Assembly (NCBI GenBank): GCA_050230475.1
Contig: JBFLGF010000143.1
Location: 1-64,000, forward strand
Source of the DNA: Ancylonema sp.
Lineage: Eukaryota
Length of the DNA: 64,000 nt
Direction: 5' to 3'
The position numbers were made by a program, and so were the translations under genes. Position 1 is the stretch's first letter. Every line of letters begins with the position of its first letter. The notes beneath the pieces are model-generated. The model saw only the letters and a program-made list of their open reading frames with translations. It searched no databases and was not told where the DNA came from. Positions 12,753-25,557 of the stretch are shown here, piece by piece.

Positions 12753-14513
12753 TTCATGTATCTCATTTCATAGACACATGCGCACACGCGCATAAAACCA
12801 CAACCAACACCAAACCACCACAACTACCCGAACAACTAAATAGGCAACTTTGGCCAACTACAAATAAAACCAAACACTAACATTAATATACAAGATTGTT
12901 GCAGCACTTATATCTCACAGAGATAAGTTATATGATTTAATAGTCCCACCACTTTTTTCTTTCTCATTCCCCTCCAAGTCTGAATTGGACTCCCCCCAAC
13001 CCGGATTTTCAACCCTTAGAAGGTCGGGGTTTGGGATTGTGCACAATATTGTCGAAATGGCCCACATGCCGTGTCGCATTAAAAAAAAAACAAAAAAAAC
13101 CATGTTTTTAATTTTTCCGGGAGAGCACCACATCTATGTTACTATACTGCTCTAATTTTTAGGCGAAAATTCGCATATTTTATGTGCCCATGACGTGGTG
13201 TGTCAGTGCCTATAACAAACATGATTTGGCGGGGGCAAGTCTGTACTCAGCATTTGTTGCCTATGACGCAGAATGACCTCATAAAGAGTATGCTTCCGAT
13301 GAAACCGAACTGAATCTTAATTGTGTATCTTTGCGTCGCCGGTCACAACGATATGATCAATAATTATCACGTTGAATCGGCGAGATGTTTGACAACCGAC
13401 CACTGCCAGCGCAGACCAGACAGACTGTTCCTTCTGATTGACATCAGACATTTGGCAGTATCCTGTCGGTGCAGATATATATTGTTCCCAATGGTGATCG
13501 TGGCAGGCGACTTAATGGCCACCGAAGTTTGAGTTGGCCGCGCAATGGTGAAATCTGGGCTAGGGCGCCATTACCCGAACGTCGTGAGGCTCTATCGGTG
13601 ATCGTGAGGTGACGTGCTGTTCCCTAGTATCGTTCGTGCGAAATTAATGATTAATCGGCTCGGCGGATAGTTTTGCAGAATAGCGTGGCAAGCTTTCAGT
13701 GGAGATTGAAAGCACGAGTTTCACAGACGTGCTCGACAGCCAATCCTTTGTCTAGCCTGTTGCAAGTTGATTGGCTAGCGGATGTTGTTCAAAAAAACAC
13801 TCTACTGGTTCAGGTGTCGCCATGTGTACGACACAGATGTAAGATCTTTGCACTTCAGTAGATTGAGTTGCTTCTAGGCGATCAATATCGACCCAGACAG
13901 TCGCCAGCGCGACAGCCGCTCAACAGAAGAAAAGCAATGACCAGTCTCACTTGCTAAAACCAGTCAGCTTGCATGCGGTCCTGAGCCGCGTGGCACGCGG
14001 TCCTGATCCGCGTGGCAAGCTCGGGCACATATTTTCCGTGGACTTCGTTTCTAAATAACGGTACGGTATTAGACCATCACCATATGGTTCACCAGAGAGA
14101 GGTAGTCTTGCCATGTCTGACAATTTACAGATTACTCATTCAAAGCACCTCATTCTGACGCTTTGGTTGGCGTCCGTCGCAGTTACCTTAAGTGACCGTT
14201 CAGCTGTCGGAAGGGAATAGCTATTGCGATATGTTGTGCGGACACTGAATGACTGATGTTAGAGTTTGGTATCTGCCCACTGCCCTGCAAATGTGCATTA
14301 TATTATCCTTCTAGACTCCATCCGTTCCCAGTCTGCTTTGGAGGCAATCGTAGTAGGAATGGTGGCATCAGGTAGCCTGGAGGCATGTGTAGATTTCTCT
14401 TCTTGTGCAGTCGCGACAGACAGGCCATCTGGAAGGCAGAACGGCCCCTGGAAGAGAATGGGCGATGACAATCACGGACCTGGAAACGCACAGCTCACAC
14501 CACATCGGAGCGG

Positions 14514-17500
14514 ATGGAACACGAGCCAGTGAGTCCAAAGCCGTTAAGAATCTGGGAACAACTCGGGAATCTGGTTCTTCCGTTGTTGCTCCGTTGTCAT
14601 TTAGCATCTTGGTATGTAATAGCCGCGGGTATTCCGGTGAAACCATGCTCAACCCCACCACTAGCCAGCTGGCTCAGATCTTTGTCAATTTATTTTGGCA
14701 TATTGAATGACAAAGATGATTCCTGGTGCAGGATGGTAGAGGGCCATGGGCCCCGGGCGTCAATCTGCGCAGTGACATGTGCGGGCGGGTTCGTCTTTAC
14801 TGGCTCTTCTGAGTGCACCGTCCGTGTCTGGACTCTCTGCATGCGCAATCTCGTGGCTACATTGAGGGGCCATTCAGCCACAGTGCTCTCCATTCTGGTC
14901 TCAGGTATGCTGCTACGCACTCTTTCTTGTCCCACAATTTTTCCCGGGAAACTGATGAGCGTTGGTCTTTTCTTAGCGTCCTCATGTCTTTAATGAATAA
15001 GAGTAGAAGCAGTCAGTCTAACTCTGCTTAGGTTACCAAAGCAAAGGTGGCCATACTTGTCGATCTTTGTAAAGGGCGAATTGCGGTCAACATTCCTGTC
15101 GTTTCTGAGCCGTTGAAGTACATCGTCTTTTCATGCAGGATCCACACTATACAGAGGAGATGCCACAGGTGTCATTCGCTGCTGGAACATAAGAAACTGG
15201 GCGGCCGGATGCCCGCTGGTTGGTCACAAAGGTGCAGTGTGGTGCCTTGCTGCGAACTCCACTGGCACTCGCCTCTTCTCCGGCTCCAGTGATTTCAAGA
15301 TTATCATGTGGGGCGCTTCTACTGCTGGCCAGCCAATGAAATTGCTCCACGTGCTAAGGACCTGCACATCTCCAGTCTACTCCCTTGTCATTGGTGACAA
15401 CTGCCTCTATTCAGCATCAGGAGACAGCAAGATCCGAGTCTGGTTTCTAGCGCCAGACTCTCAGCCATTCAGATTGAGTCACCACCTGGAGGCTCGCATT
15501 CGGTCCCGGGATTCTAGCACCTCAAAAACTGGAAGCGAGCTTGGCAGAAGTCCGTTAGGCAACCTTGCGGCTGCTTCAAGAGGAGAGGGCCTCAGGATAC
15601 GTCACAGTAGCAGCTGTGCAGATCTGCCTTGCAAGACTAAGCTGAAATACGAGTTTCTACCTCCAAGTCTGGAGGATGCTCTTATACCTTTTGTATTAAT
15701 CAATATTGGTGACAAGAAGGTATCACCTCAATCTTCCCTTCAGTTCCCCACTTCCCCTACATCCCCAACCTCCATGGGCGAGATGGACGAAGATTTCTTG
15801 TCCTGCCGTTTCTCTTTCAGGACAAAGCCGTCCACAGCAGAGCCCCCTTCGCCCCTCCCTCCCTTTCCTCTCATCCATTGTCAGCCAGTTTTCCCTCCTC
15901 TCAATTATAGCCGGCAACCTCAATCAAACTCTAAGCCCATCCAAAGCCCTCCCTCTCCTCCCTCTCCCTCCTCCCCTCCATCTGCAACCTTCAGCTTTCC
16001 TCCCCCCCCCACCCCTCTCAGTTCGTCCCTTACCTTACCTGCCAATACCGGCACCACTTCTCCCAGATCGCCACCTGTCTTACCAGAAAGAGCACCCCTC
16101 GCACACCCCCAGTTGCATCACTTTGTCTGCCCATCCGCCGTCATCCTGCCTCACATTCCTTTCCTCAGCCTCTCGCACAGCAGCAAAGATTCAGCCCCGT
16201 CGTACCTTCCGGCTGGTCAGCAGCTTGTGAGTGGCTGCGATGAGCAGAGCAGGAGGTCTCATTCTAGCAGTTACAAACAAAACCCCCACAAGGCTGGTGC
16301 CCTTTCATCCTCCCTCAGATCCGCCCTCCCCCTCAAGCAGTCTCCTCCACCCCCGTCCCCAACCCACAGCTGTGGGCCGGTGCTTCTGCCGACCTTCTCC
16401 GTCCCCTCCAAGGCACCTCCTTCCCCATCCAGACCTCCACCTGCTGCAGCAGTCAAAGAAACAGCAGTCAACTTGGGGAAGGATGATGAGGACATGGTAG
16501 CGCCTCAAATCTGGGGTGAGTTTGAAGCTCATTGAATGTGCAGGGGATGTGTGCCCTCATGCTCGAGTATGCTCCATGCTCTAGCTGGGCATCGGCTACA
16601 ATCTGATCTTCTCTAAGTCGAGGTAGAAACTTAAGGTTGGGTTCAATTCAGGTTGAGAGAGGATGGATAGGTAGCAAGTGTAGTGGACGCTCTCTTCGGG
16701 ATTCGTCTCTGCACCGTTGGGAATCCGACCACCTTTACTTGAAAGGGGAGAGCCGGGATGAAAGAGAAAGAACAATTCGCGTGGTAGCGTGTGTGCCACA
16801 CTCGTCCTGTTCGAAGACTATTTTTGGTTCGAACCCTTCCACTAATTTCCAGTCTCTGTTATTCTGACAGACTGCCCAGTGAGAGTGGCGACGTTCGAGG
16901 GGCATGAGAACGAGGTGCTCTCTCTCTGCTGGGACCGAGGCATCCTGTTCAGTGGCGACCGAGACGGAGTGGTGAAAGTGTGGGCTGGGTGGGACCCTGC
17001 CACGCGATTCTGCGTAAAGGCAGATCGTATCAAGAGCTCTGTCTCCACCATCCGATCCGGCCTCAAGTTTGTGCGAGCGCTGGCATGCAGTGGCGATTCG
17101 GTGTTCGTGGGAGGAAACGGAATGGAAATGTGGAGGTGGTCCCGGAGCAACAAGGAGTTTGTGGCGGATTTGGGAGTGAGGTCGACGAGGAGCGTGTTCT
17201 CTCTTTCGGTCGCTTATCCCACGATGGGGACGTTTCATGGGGTATGTCGTGAGAGCGCGACGAAATCCCGGAGAAAGGGACAAGCGGCATGTGACGCAGC
17301 GTTTTCGGTCCCTGCACGAGGGACAGGTGACAATGGACACATTGATGGAGGGGAAGGAGTGTGTGGGCGAGAGGTGGTGTCCAAGCGACCTGTGCTAGTC
17401 AGCGCTGGCGAGGATTCGATTGTGAGAGCGTTGTGGAGGGGGGGATATGAGGTGGTGTCCCCTCGAGGTGCAAGAATGTCAAGCGTGCAGAGTTCACCTC

Positions 17501-17526
17501 AGCTTAACAGCGTGCGGAGTTCGTGA
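14514..17526 (+). CDS. WD40-repeat protein with a long Pro/Ser-rich insert
   Basis: Exons 14514-14611, 14732-14904, 15139-16515 and 16871-17526 join in phase. WD repeats include FVFTGSSECTVRVW, LVGHKGAVWCL...LFSGSSDFKIIMW, LYSASGDSKIRVW and FEGHENEVLSL...LFSGDRDGVVKVW. Confidence 0.8.
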
Positions 17527-19236
17527 CAGTGGCGAATGCTGGCACTTGTACGCAAAGAACGGATGGCGCCCGGGTTTTGCCAAAAGTGTCAGAAGACAAC
17601 GATAGCTTTTTGATATGAATATGAGACAACATTCCAACTGTCATCATCTGAGGTGAGCAATTGCAGGCCATCTAATGTGTGTTATCCTGCTGATAAGCGA
17701 TCAAGAAGTCTCTGTAAATAATTACCAACAACAAATATCCTAGTAAGGGTGTTTGGTATAAGTCTCTTGAGTTCTGTGTTGAACCTCGGGTATAGAAGTT
17801 ATTTTCACAAATTCCTAGACTTAAATGCGTTCTTGGGTTAAATTGTGTTACACACACTCATTTTTTGTTGTGTAAGTGGACTTTGATTGGGTGGTTGTAT
17901 GTAATTTGCATTGAATCAGTGCTTACAACCACCATTGCTCTTAAAAAGATGTAACAAATTTATATTGAGACCATGAGTTTAGTATGATAAAAGATTGGGC
18001 AAGTAAAATCTGAAAACACTTTCTGCGACTCTCGTCTTCCGCACTGGGTCAATCATCCAAGCCAATATGTCGGTTTCTGACCAATTCAAGTTCTCGAGGG
18101 AATGCCAACATTGCACGTCGCACATCACATGTATGACTCACATGTAAGTGTACAACACAGACTCCATGTACGTCCTGGCTCGGCTAAATTCATACAGAAT
18201 GTATAATTATATTAAAATAAACGTAAACAACTTGTGAGCACATTTGTGGCGGCTAGGTAGATTACTGGTGTGATTTTGGTGTGCAAACAATTCCGTTTTT
18301 GTGTACCGTCCAGAATTGACTTGTAATTACATTGTGGAACATAATCGATTGTATTGACAGTATGATTGTTGCTTACAATGGAACTATGTAGGAACTCAAT
18401 GCAATCATCCTTTGATATTTGTACATCAAAAATTGTATGCAAATATTCAACAGAATGCTAGATATTTTTTTGTATAATATCCCAAAAAACTTTAAAGAAA
18501 CCCTGCATTTTTTTGGGTAGAGGATGAAGTTCTAGGGTTGAGTGTGTGAAAAGTGTGAGTTTGGGCAACATCTTGCGACTCAATTATCGCATGCATCGGT
18601 CTTGCGTCGTGTACAAGATGCGTATATTAAACTAGTTCTAAAGATACTAAAGATGCAGAGTTGCCATCATTTTACATGCTCGATTGTACTTACAAACTGT
18701 ATCTAGGGAAATCCTAGGGAAATCCTAGGGAAATCCTAACGTCACAAATCTCAGAACCGAATCAAAACAGATTCGGAATGAGTTTAGTCCAGGATCCCCA
18801 GCGCATAGTGATACCAGCCGTCACAAGTTCATACTATGAGACACATTGTGTATACTTCAATGCTTTGTATAGACTTTACATCGTATGTCACATACATCCA
18901 TACTTATTTGATCCAGGCATATTGTGAATGAACCTCGCGTGCTGAAGCAGACAGATGAACCTCATACAAGGCTTACACATTTCATCAAAAGCCAGTGAAG
19001 CATATCACTCTTGATTAACTAGAAAGCATTAACCAGGCAATTTGTGCACTGTCAAATTGTCACAGATTGCTCTTTGCAACCTGTCTTACTACGTTAGAAG
19101 CACAGCTGCTTTCACAAAATCAACCTAATAGCATACATCTCTGATCTGCACCAGCTCGGCGCAGCAAAGTGTCTACAGCAGTAGAAGTAGAGGATGAACA
19201 CAACTATCCTAGCATATAGCCAGTGACCTCAGGGCC

Positions 19237-19932
19237 TCAGCCTGCATGAGCAGACTCAGCTTGCGGCTCTGTAGGTGGTTGCCTTGGTTTTGCATTGGTA
19301 ACGCGCATTTTGTACAGAAACTCCCTGTCTATGGCTTTTTTCTTCCCTCTTCTTTGGACAGGTGGAAATACTGGTTCCTCAGAGGGTGCCTTGGGCGCAC
19401 ATACCACAGTTATGTGTTTTTTTTCTTGCAGCCACCGCAACGCAAGTTTCATTTGGCGCTTGCTTTTCATTCCAGCAGCCTGCTCCCGTACCATAAAATC
19501 AGAAGCCCAGAAGGGCATGACGGGCTTCAAGTTTCCTTTTGTTGTGCTTCGAATCAAGATGCATGCCGCGATCGTGCAAGTTTAAATAGCAACATCGGAA
19601 TACGCTAACCCTGATCAGGTGATAAGGAATTCGACATCGAAAGGACCAATCACGGACAGTCAGCGTCCTTTGATGATTTGGCGGGGGTACAGGGTAAGCA
19701 GTAACGACATAACATAGTTCGCAGAGGGTACAACTAATTTCGATAAAAGGTATGCATTAAGCAATATAGTGCGCAGGAACTTAGGACTTACTTCGCACTT
19801 CTCCCAAATTTCGTCTTTCTTCCATTGACGTCCATCTCGAAGACATTTAACGATGGACGCAGCTGGTCCGATTTGCGCGACTTCCCCCACGTGACTTTCT
19901 CTAGAAAACAGCCTCAAAGCTGTCCTGAACAT
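19237..19932 (-). CDS. Small basic protein with a mitochondrial-type presequence, possibly a plant mitoribosomal (mL80-like) protein
   Basis: Exons 19792-19932 and 19237-19479 with GTAAGT...CAG. N-terminus MFRTALRLFSR. The core EIWEKCEAAGMKSKRQMKLALRWLQEKKHITVVC resembles this family from memory, so the family call is tentative. Confidence 0.55.
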
Positions 19933-20228
19933 GGTCAGCTGCGTCACTTAATTAAGGTGTCTTCACCTCGACTCTATTCCAACAAACTCGCGAAGAGGGG
20001 CACGTAATCCGTATTGGGCATTGAATCAAATTGCGGTCTCACTGTGGGCACCAATATTGCACCATCGCACCATTGCTGCCAGCACTACCGAAGTTTAGCG
20101 AAACCTCAGCCGACCAAAACTTCTCATGAGTTTCCTCAACCATGAAACTCGTGTCCGTTCCAAAAAATAAATGCCCTGTCGTACCATTTTACCAATATAA
20201 AAATAATTATAAATGATAAAATAAATAC

Positions 20229-20800
20229 TTGGTACTCCAACACGTGCATCGGGAGCGCACTGGCTTCCTTCCTTCATCGGTACCTGGGGGGCGCGGAGGG
20301 CGTATGGACATTGTGATTTCGGGTGCAGCGGCGGGGCACACTTTGGTCGACATTGTTGTTGCGGACCCTACCCGTCGTGATTTGGTGGAGCGCGCCGCTA
20401 GACAGGATCTCATCGCCGCTACAGATGCGGAGCGAAGGAAGGAAACCCGCTATCGAGATCGCGCACCGAAATTCGTGCCCTTCGCTCTTGAGGTGCATAC
20501 GGTGCATTGTCGGACAACAGGTCGGATCGATATTTGGTCGAGTGTGCAATGTTAGCATCTAGAGAGTCTGCATGATCGGGGCCCTCCATTAGCTTGTTGT
20601 GCACATAGTTCCGTCAGAGAATGTCGATTGCATTGCAACAATCGCTAGCACATGCGATACATGCTAGAACCATGTGTCTAGAGCAATCCACAGCCTTGTT
20701 GCCTCCCCCACCAGTGCGCGCTCCACTTTCCACGAAGTTGCATATTGTTGCTAGTTTTGTCTAGTGCGATCAGCTCATATATTTGTCGTTTTTAGGATAG
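20229..20800 (+). mobile_element. 3' remnant of a non-LTR retrotransposon with a restriction-like endonuclease (CRE/R2-type)
   Basis: RMDIV...LVDIVVADP...AATDAERRKETRY...KFVPFALE fits the RLE pattern (D, D, E..K, F.P...E). It is frameshifted downstream. A shorter copy lies at ~23083-23370. Confidence 0.65.
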
Positions 20801-21422
20801 GTAGTTTCTATACAGGCACGTTCTTGTAATGAGATGGGGTTCCCGTCGTTTCTCCATAATTACAGTAAGTACAGTACAGTAGTCGGTTGTCAATGGCGCA
20901 ATACACATTGGGGTAATCTGGCGCTGTAAAAATTGAATATTGCCGTATATGACCGCTACTTCTGTGTGTTGGCCTCACCACTCCGAGGATGATGCAGCTC
21001 TTGACCGACGAAGAAATGCCCATCGATCGGAAGCCTTCATCTTCCGCACTCGCAGCCCAAATATTTTTTCAAAACTGTAAAACATGACAGCACAAGTAAA
21101 CAAATTGTTCTGGCAATGACTGTGCCTTTTGCGGTGGAAACGTGGCCGGGGTGCCATCAATATGCCTAAGGCTGCCCTAAACATTTGAAATTTCATAACT
21201 TTTATTCGAGAATGCAGAAATCTGCATTGCAGCCTGCGGTAGAATCTCCGCCTCCATCATCAACTGCCTGGCCCGCAGCCAGAATATCTTCTCCAAATCT
21301 GCGCAGCCCGTCCAAAGGTGAAGAACAAACCCAGTTCCGAGAAGAACATTCGATATTATGGTGGCATCACGGCTTGCTCCTCTGCTATAGAAATATGAAG
21401 GAAGTGCTGACAGCAGGTGCTA
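20519..21422 (+). repeat. ~0.9-kb direct repeat, copy 1 (copy 2 at ~23082-24002)
   Basis: Colinear similarity, for example the translations MQKSALQPAVESPPP...EEHSILWWHH occur in both copies. Confidence 0.9.
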
Positions 21423-21487
21423 TTCTGTCGTGTACTTGTGTCGGAAATACTTATTTTATTGCAAACTTCTTCGTTTTCCCACTCCAG

Positions 21488-22920
21488 TAAGCAACGTCGC
21501 AGCAGCAGCAGTGGCTGCAGCAGCTGCCGCCGGAGTCGGAACAGGAGGCCTTGTGGCAGAAGTGGAGCCGAGACCCGATTTCGCGCTCTGGACCACCGAG
21601 GATGATCTGCAACTCTTAGACGCCATGGAGGTAGGAGTCACCCTAATTGTACAAAATTGCTCACATAGAACCCGGACATCGAAAATACCAGGATTATTGG
21701 AAGCACTCCTATGAATATGCCGAACGCTGCTAATGCGACATGTGCAGGTAGCAAATGCAATACAAGTCGTCCAGATGATCGTCAATTCACGTCTCATTTC
21801 TCTTGCCTCACCAGAGCGGCGCTGCCATGGAGGCCCTCGCCAAGGGCGCTCTCCAGTTCTCTCGGCGCTTCACGGTGAAGGAACTTCGTGCGAGGTGGCG
21901 AGCCCTCCTCTATGATCCCGTCATCGGCCCTCGCGCAGCGGCTCCACTCGTGCGATCTGAGCCGAAAGACGTGGCGCATCCTGGGAAGCACACAGGAAGG
22001 CACGGATATAGCGGCGGTCGGAAGAGGAGAGCGCAGGAATCGAACATGGTGCGGGCGGAGTTCCACAGGCGTCAGCGAATGCGGGCCATGGAAGCAATGG
22101 GTGGGGTAGGAATGGATAACCTCCTTTGTCATGGAGGGAACGGCGAACAGGCGGAGATGTTAAACTACGAAGGGCTGGGAGATGAGATGGGGGACGAGGC
22201 GTTTCTGAGGCATAACTATGAGGTGTTGGAGGGGCTGGAGGCGTGCGAGAAGCTGGAGCTGGGAGGGGTAGACGATATGGAGGCAGAGGATCCTGCTTTC
22301 TCCCACATGGTGCACCTGTTGGCGGCTGGGGGGTTTGACGCGTTGGGGAAGGACCTTCCTGGAAGTTTCCTGGAGGGGGCTGGCAGGGATGAGGATTTAG
22401 ACGAGTTTGTGGACGGTGCGGAGGTGGGGGGTAGTCACAGAGAGGAGTACAGACAGAATTCAGAAAATGTGGTGCCCTCGGTCCCTCCCCCCCCCTCTGA
22501 TGGAATGGGAAGAGAGGGTTTGGGAGGGGGAGGTGCTGCTGACTCGGCACTGACACGTCCCGTGAAGGAGGAGGAGGACAGCGCAATGTATTACGCGTAT
22601 GACTCGGTTTTGGGGGGAGCGGGGATGGGCGCAGCACTGTCATTGGCTCCAGAGGAGAGGCAGGAGGGGGTGGCAGCATGGACAGCTGGCATCCCCTTAC
22701 CCCATGCAGAGTCTACCAGTGCTCTCCCGCCACCTGGCAGTATGGCAACGGGGCCGAAGAAGTCGGATGTGAACTCCACTTCCCTGTCGAGGCTAGCAGA
22801 CGTGCAGCCAATGACTGCGATGCTGGGGGGAGGGGCCAATGGGGTGACACCAGCTGTCGCTGAGGTGCCCACGGCCTCCCATGGAGATGATGCGGAGGGC
22901 ACAGCCATGAGTTCGGAGGA
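21488..22920 (+). pseudogene. MCRS1 (microspherule protein 1)-like N-terminal fragment, no FHA domain visible
   Basis: WTTEDDLQLLDAME|SGAAMEALAKGALQFSRRFTVKELRARWRALLYDP with an intron at 21631-21814 is the MCRS N-terminal motif. The frame runs into an N at 22921 and then into repeat sequence. Confidence 0.7.
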
Positions 22921-23081
22921 NAAATGTGACGAACCGAAACCGTGGCCAAAGTCAGGCGCAAGTCCGAACCATATTCATATTCATAGTCACTAAGGAATGC
23001 TCTAATAGATAAAAATAGGTGTTTATTATAACCGAATGACGGGGTTCCCATCCTCTTACGACGAAAAAATAAGTGTCTTGT

Positions 23082-24002
23082 AGGTCGGATCGATATCTGG
23101 TCGAGTGTGCAACGTTTGCATTTAGTGTGTAGGATCAGGGTCCTCTATTAGCTTGTTGTGCACATGGGTCCATCAGAGAGTGTCGATTGTATTGCAACAG
23201 TCGCTAGCACATACGATACATGCTATAACTCTACGTCTAGAGCAATCCATGGCCTTGTTGCCCCCCCACTACCGTGCGCTCCACATTCTTCGGCGAAATT
23301 GCATATTGCTTCTAGTTTTGTCTATGTGCGATCAGCTCACATATTTGTCGTTTTGAAGGATATGTAGTTTCTATACAGGCACGTTCTTGTAATGAGATGG
23401 GGTTCGTTTTTCATAAACAGGCGACAATATTTGCCTATCAATCACTTCCTGGTACAGTTGTCGGTTGTAAATGGCGCAATACACATTGGCGTAATGTGGC
23501 GCTGTAAAAATTGAATATTGCCGCATATGACCGCTACTTGTGTGTGCTGGCCTTACCAGTGAGGATGATGCAGCTCTTGACCGACAAAGAAATGCCCATC
23601 GACGCGAGGCCTTCATCTTCCTCACTCGCAGCACGAGGATTTTCTCAAAACTGTAAAACATGATAGAATGAAGTGAACTAATTGTTCTCGCAATGACTGT
23701 GCCTTTCGCGGTGAAAACGTGGCCGGGGTGCCATCAGTTTGCCTAAGGCTGCCCTGAATATTTGAAAGTAATAAACTTTTCTTCGAGAATGCAGAAATCT
23801 GCATTGCAGCCTGCGGTAGAATCTCCACCTCCAACATCATCTGCCTGGCCCGCAGCCAGAATGTCTTCTCCAAATCTGCGCAGCCCCTCCAAAGGTGAAG
23901 AACAAACGCAGTTCCGAGAAGAGCATTCGATATTATGGTGGCATCACAGCTTGCTCCCCTGCTACATAAAAATGAAGGAAATGCTGACATCAGGTGGTGC
24001 TA
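23082..24002 (+). repeat. ~0.9-kb direct repeat, copy 2
   Basis: Colinear with 20519-21422. Confidence 0.9.
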
Positions 24003-25557
24003 CCAGGTCGTGCACAAGCTGCTAGGAGGGTAAGGTTCAGGGGTAGGGGAGGGTAAGGTTCAAGTCGTTGTTTTCTTCCAGGTCTTTGGGTCGGATTACA
24101 TGTTTTGTTTGACACGTTTGCATCGAGATGGGAAGGGAGTGGTCTGGTGCAGTGAGAAATTGTGTTATTTCGGAAGATTAGTGTCATTCTGTCGCTATTT
24201 GGGGTCAAGATTCATGTCCAGATTGTTCTTGCTGTCGCGAGGAAGGTCGAGTGAATGCACATCTTACTGACAACACCCACTGTGTTCCTCAGGTGGGCGG
24301 TATGCGCCTCATTTTCGAAATAAATAAGCCGCTAGTGGAAGAGACAGTGGCAAGGATGAGGGCTGCAGGTCCCCCTCCCAGACTAGACCACAACCAGAAA
24401 CAATAAATAAGTCAGAGCAGATAGCCAAAGGCAGTGATGACTTTGCCCTCCTGCGGATCAGAGAAACAGGTTTGTACATATAGATGATGCTGTCACTTGT
24501 ACCCAGTGGTGTTCAGCTTTAGAATGGCTAATATATGTAATTGTAGCTAATTTTAAAACCGTCATGGTGTGTTGGTGCACCTTGAAGATGTGAAGCACAA
24601 CACAATGGTTGCCCTACAGAGAATGGATCTTGTATCTGGAAATGCTATTTATCTCGAAGTATGTACGGTGGAACAATTGTAAACATCATAAGACGTATTG
24701 GATGTTGTTGTCGGTGAGGACAGTCCTGATCAGGACAAGAAAAAGTTTTTGTGAATTATCTTCTGCCAGACTACCTGCCATGATTATCAGGAAGATGCAA
24801 ATATGTTTGCAAAGGTGTACAGACATCTGATGGAGGTATGGGCATGCAATACAATCATTCAGACATTACAAGGTCAGAAAATTTGCATATTCGCTGAGAC
24901 ATTTAATAACACTTATCAAGGTACAGTCTTGTATGCGGAAGGACAGGCAGCCCTTCCTTAATCCTTAACCACCTTTCCGACATCTACCCTTCACAATTCA
25001 CAACAAATAACAAATAACAAATAACAACCTTAAGGTGCCACATTTCATGTGACACTTCCGCCTACAGTGGACATCTACAAACACCAACACTCCACCCTGC
25101 TACTCTTACACAATTTGTATTGAGACAGCACATAGAGTGCGTTGATGATTGCTACAACCCTGCACTTTTCCGCAGGGCATAGAAGGCACAGATCCTTCTC
25201 GCACGATTCACCTTGTGGTGTTTCTGCGAATTACTTTCTACTTCCCTCAGGGCATTGGCCCTCAAAGACTGCTCTCTACTTACATGAGAAACTTGGCTTG
25301 GTTCTTGTCCTCGCCTCTCTATTCTCCCCTCTTTCCCTACGTTCAACTAAACTTCCATCCTACCATTCATCACAGCTTCAAATAATACATTGGGCCTACT
25401 GCCACGTCCTGTTTCCATCCACTTCGGGCCTTCCATTCCCATGCTTGCTGAGAGCATTCCAAGCCTTTTGTGACACTTGGCACTCTTGTGACACTACATT
25501 TGGCCACCTCAGTGGGCTCACAGCTGGTCATGTTTGATTCGTCTGACTTCATTCAAT

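Noticed and set aside
18702..18738. (CTAGGGAAATC)x3, superficially telomere-like
   Set aside because: It is not TTTAGGG and is only a short tandem repeat.
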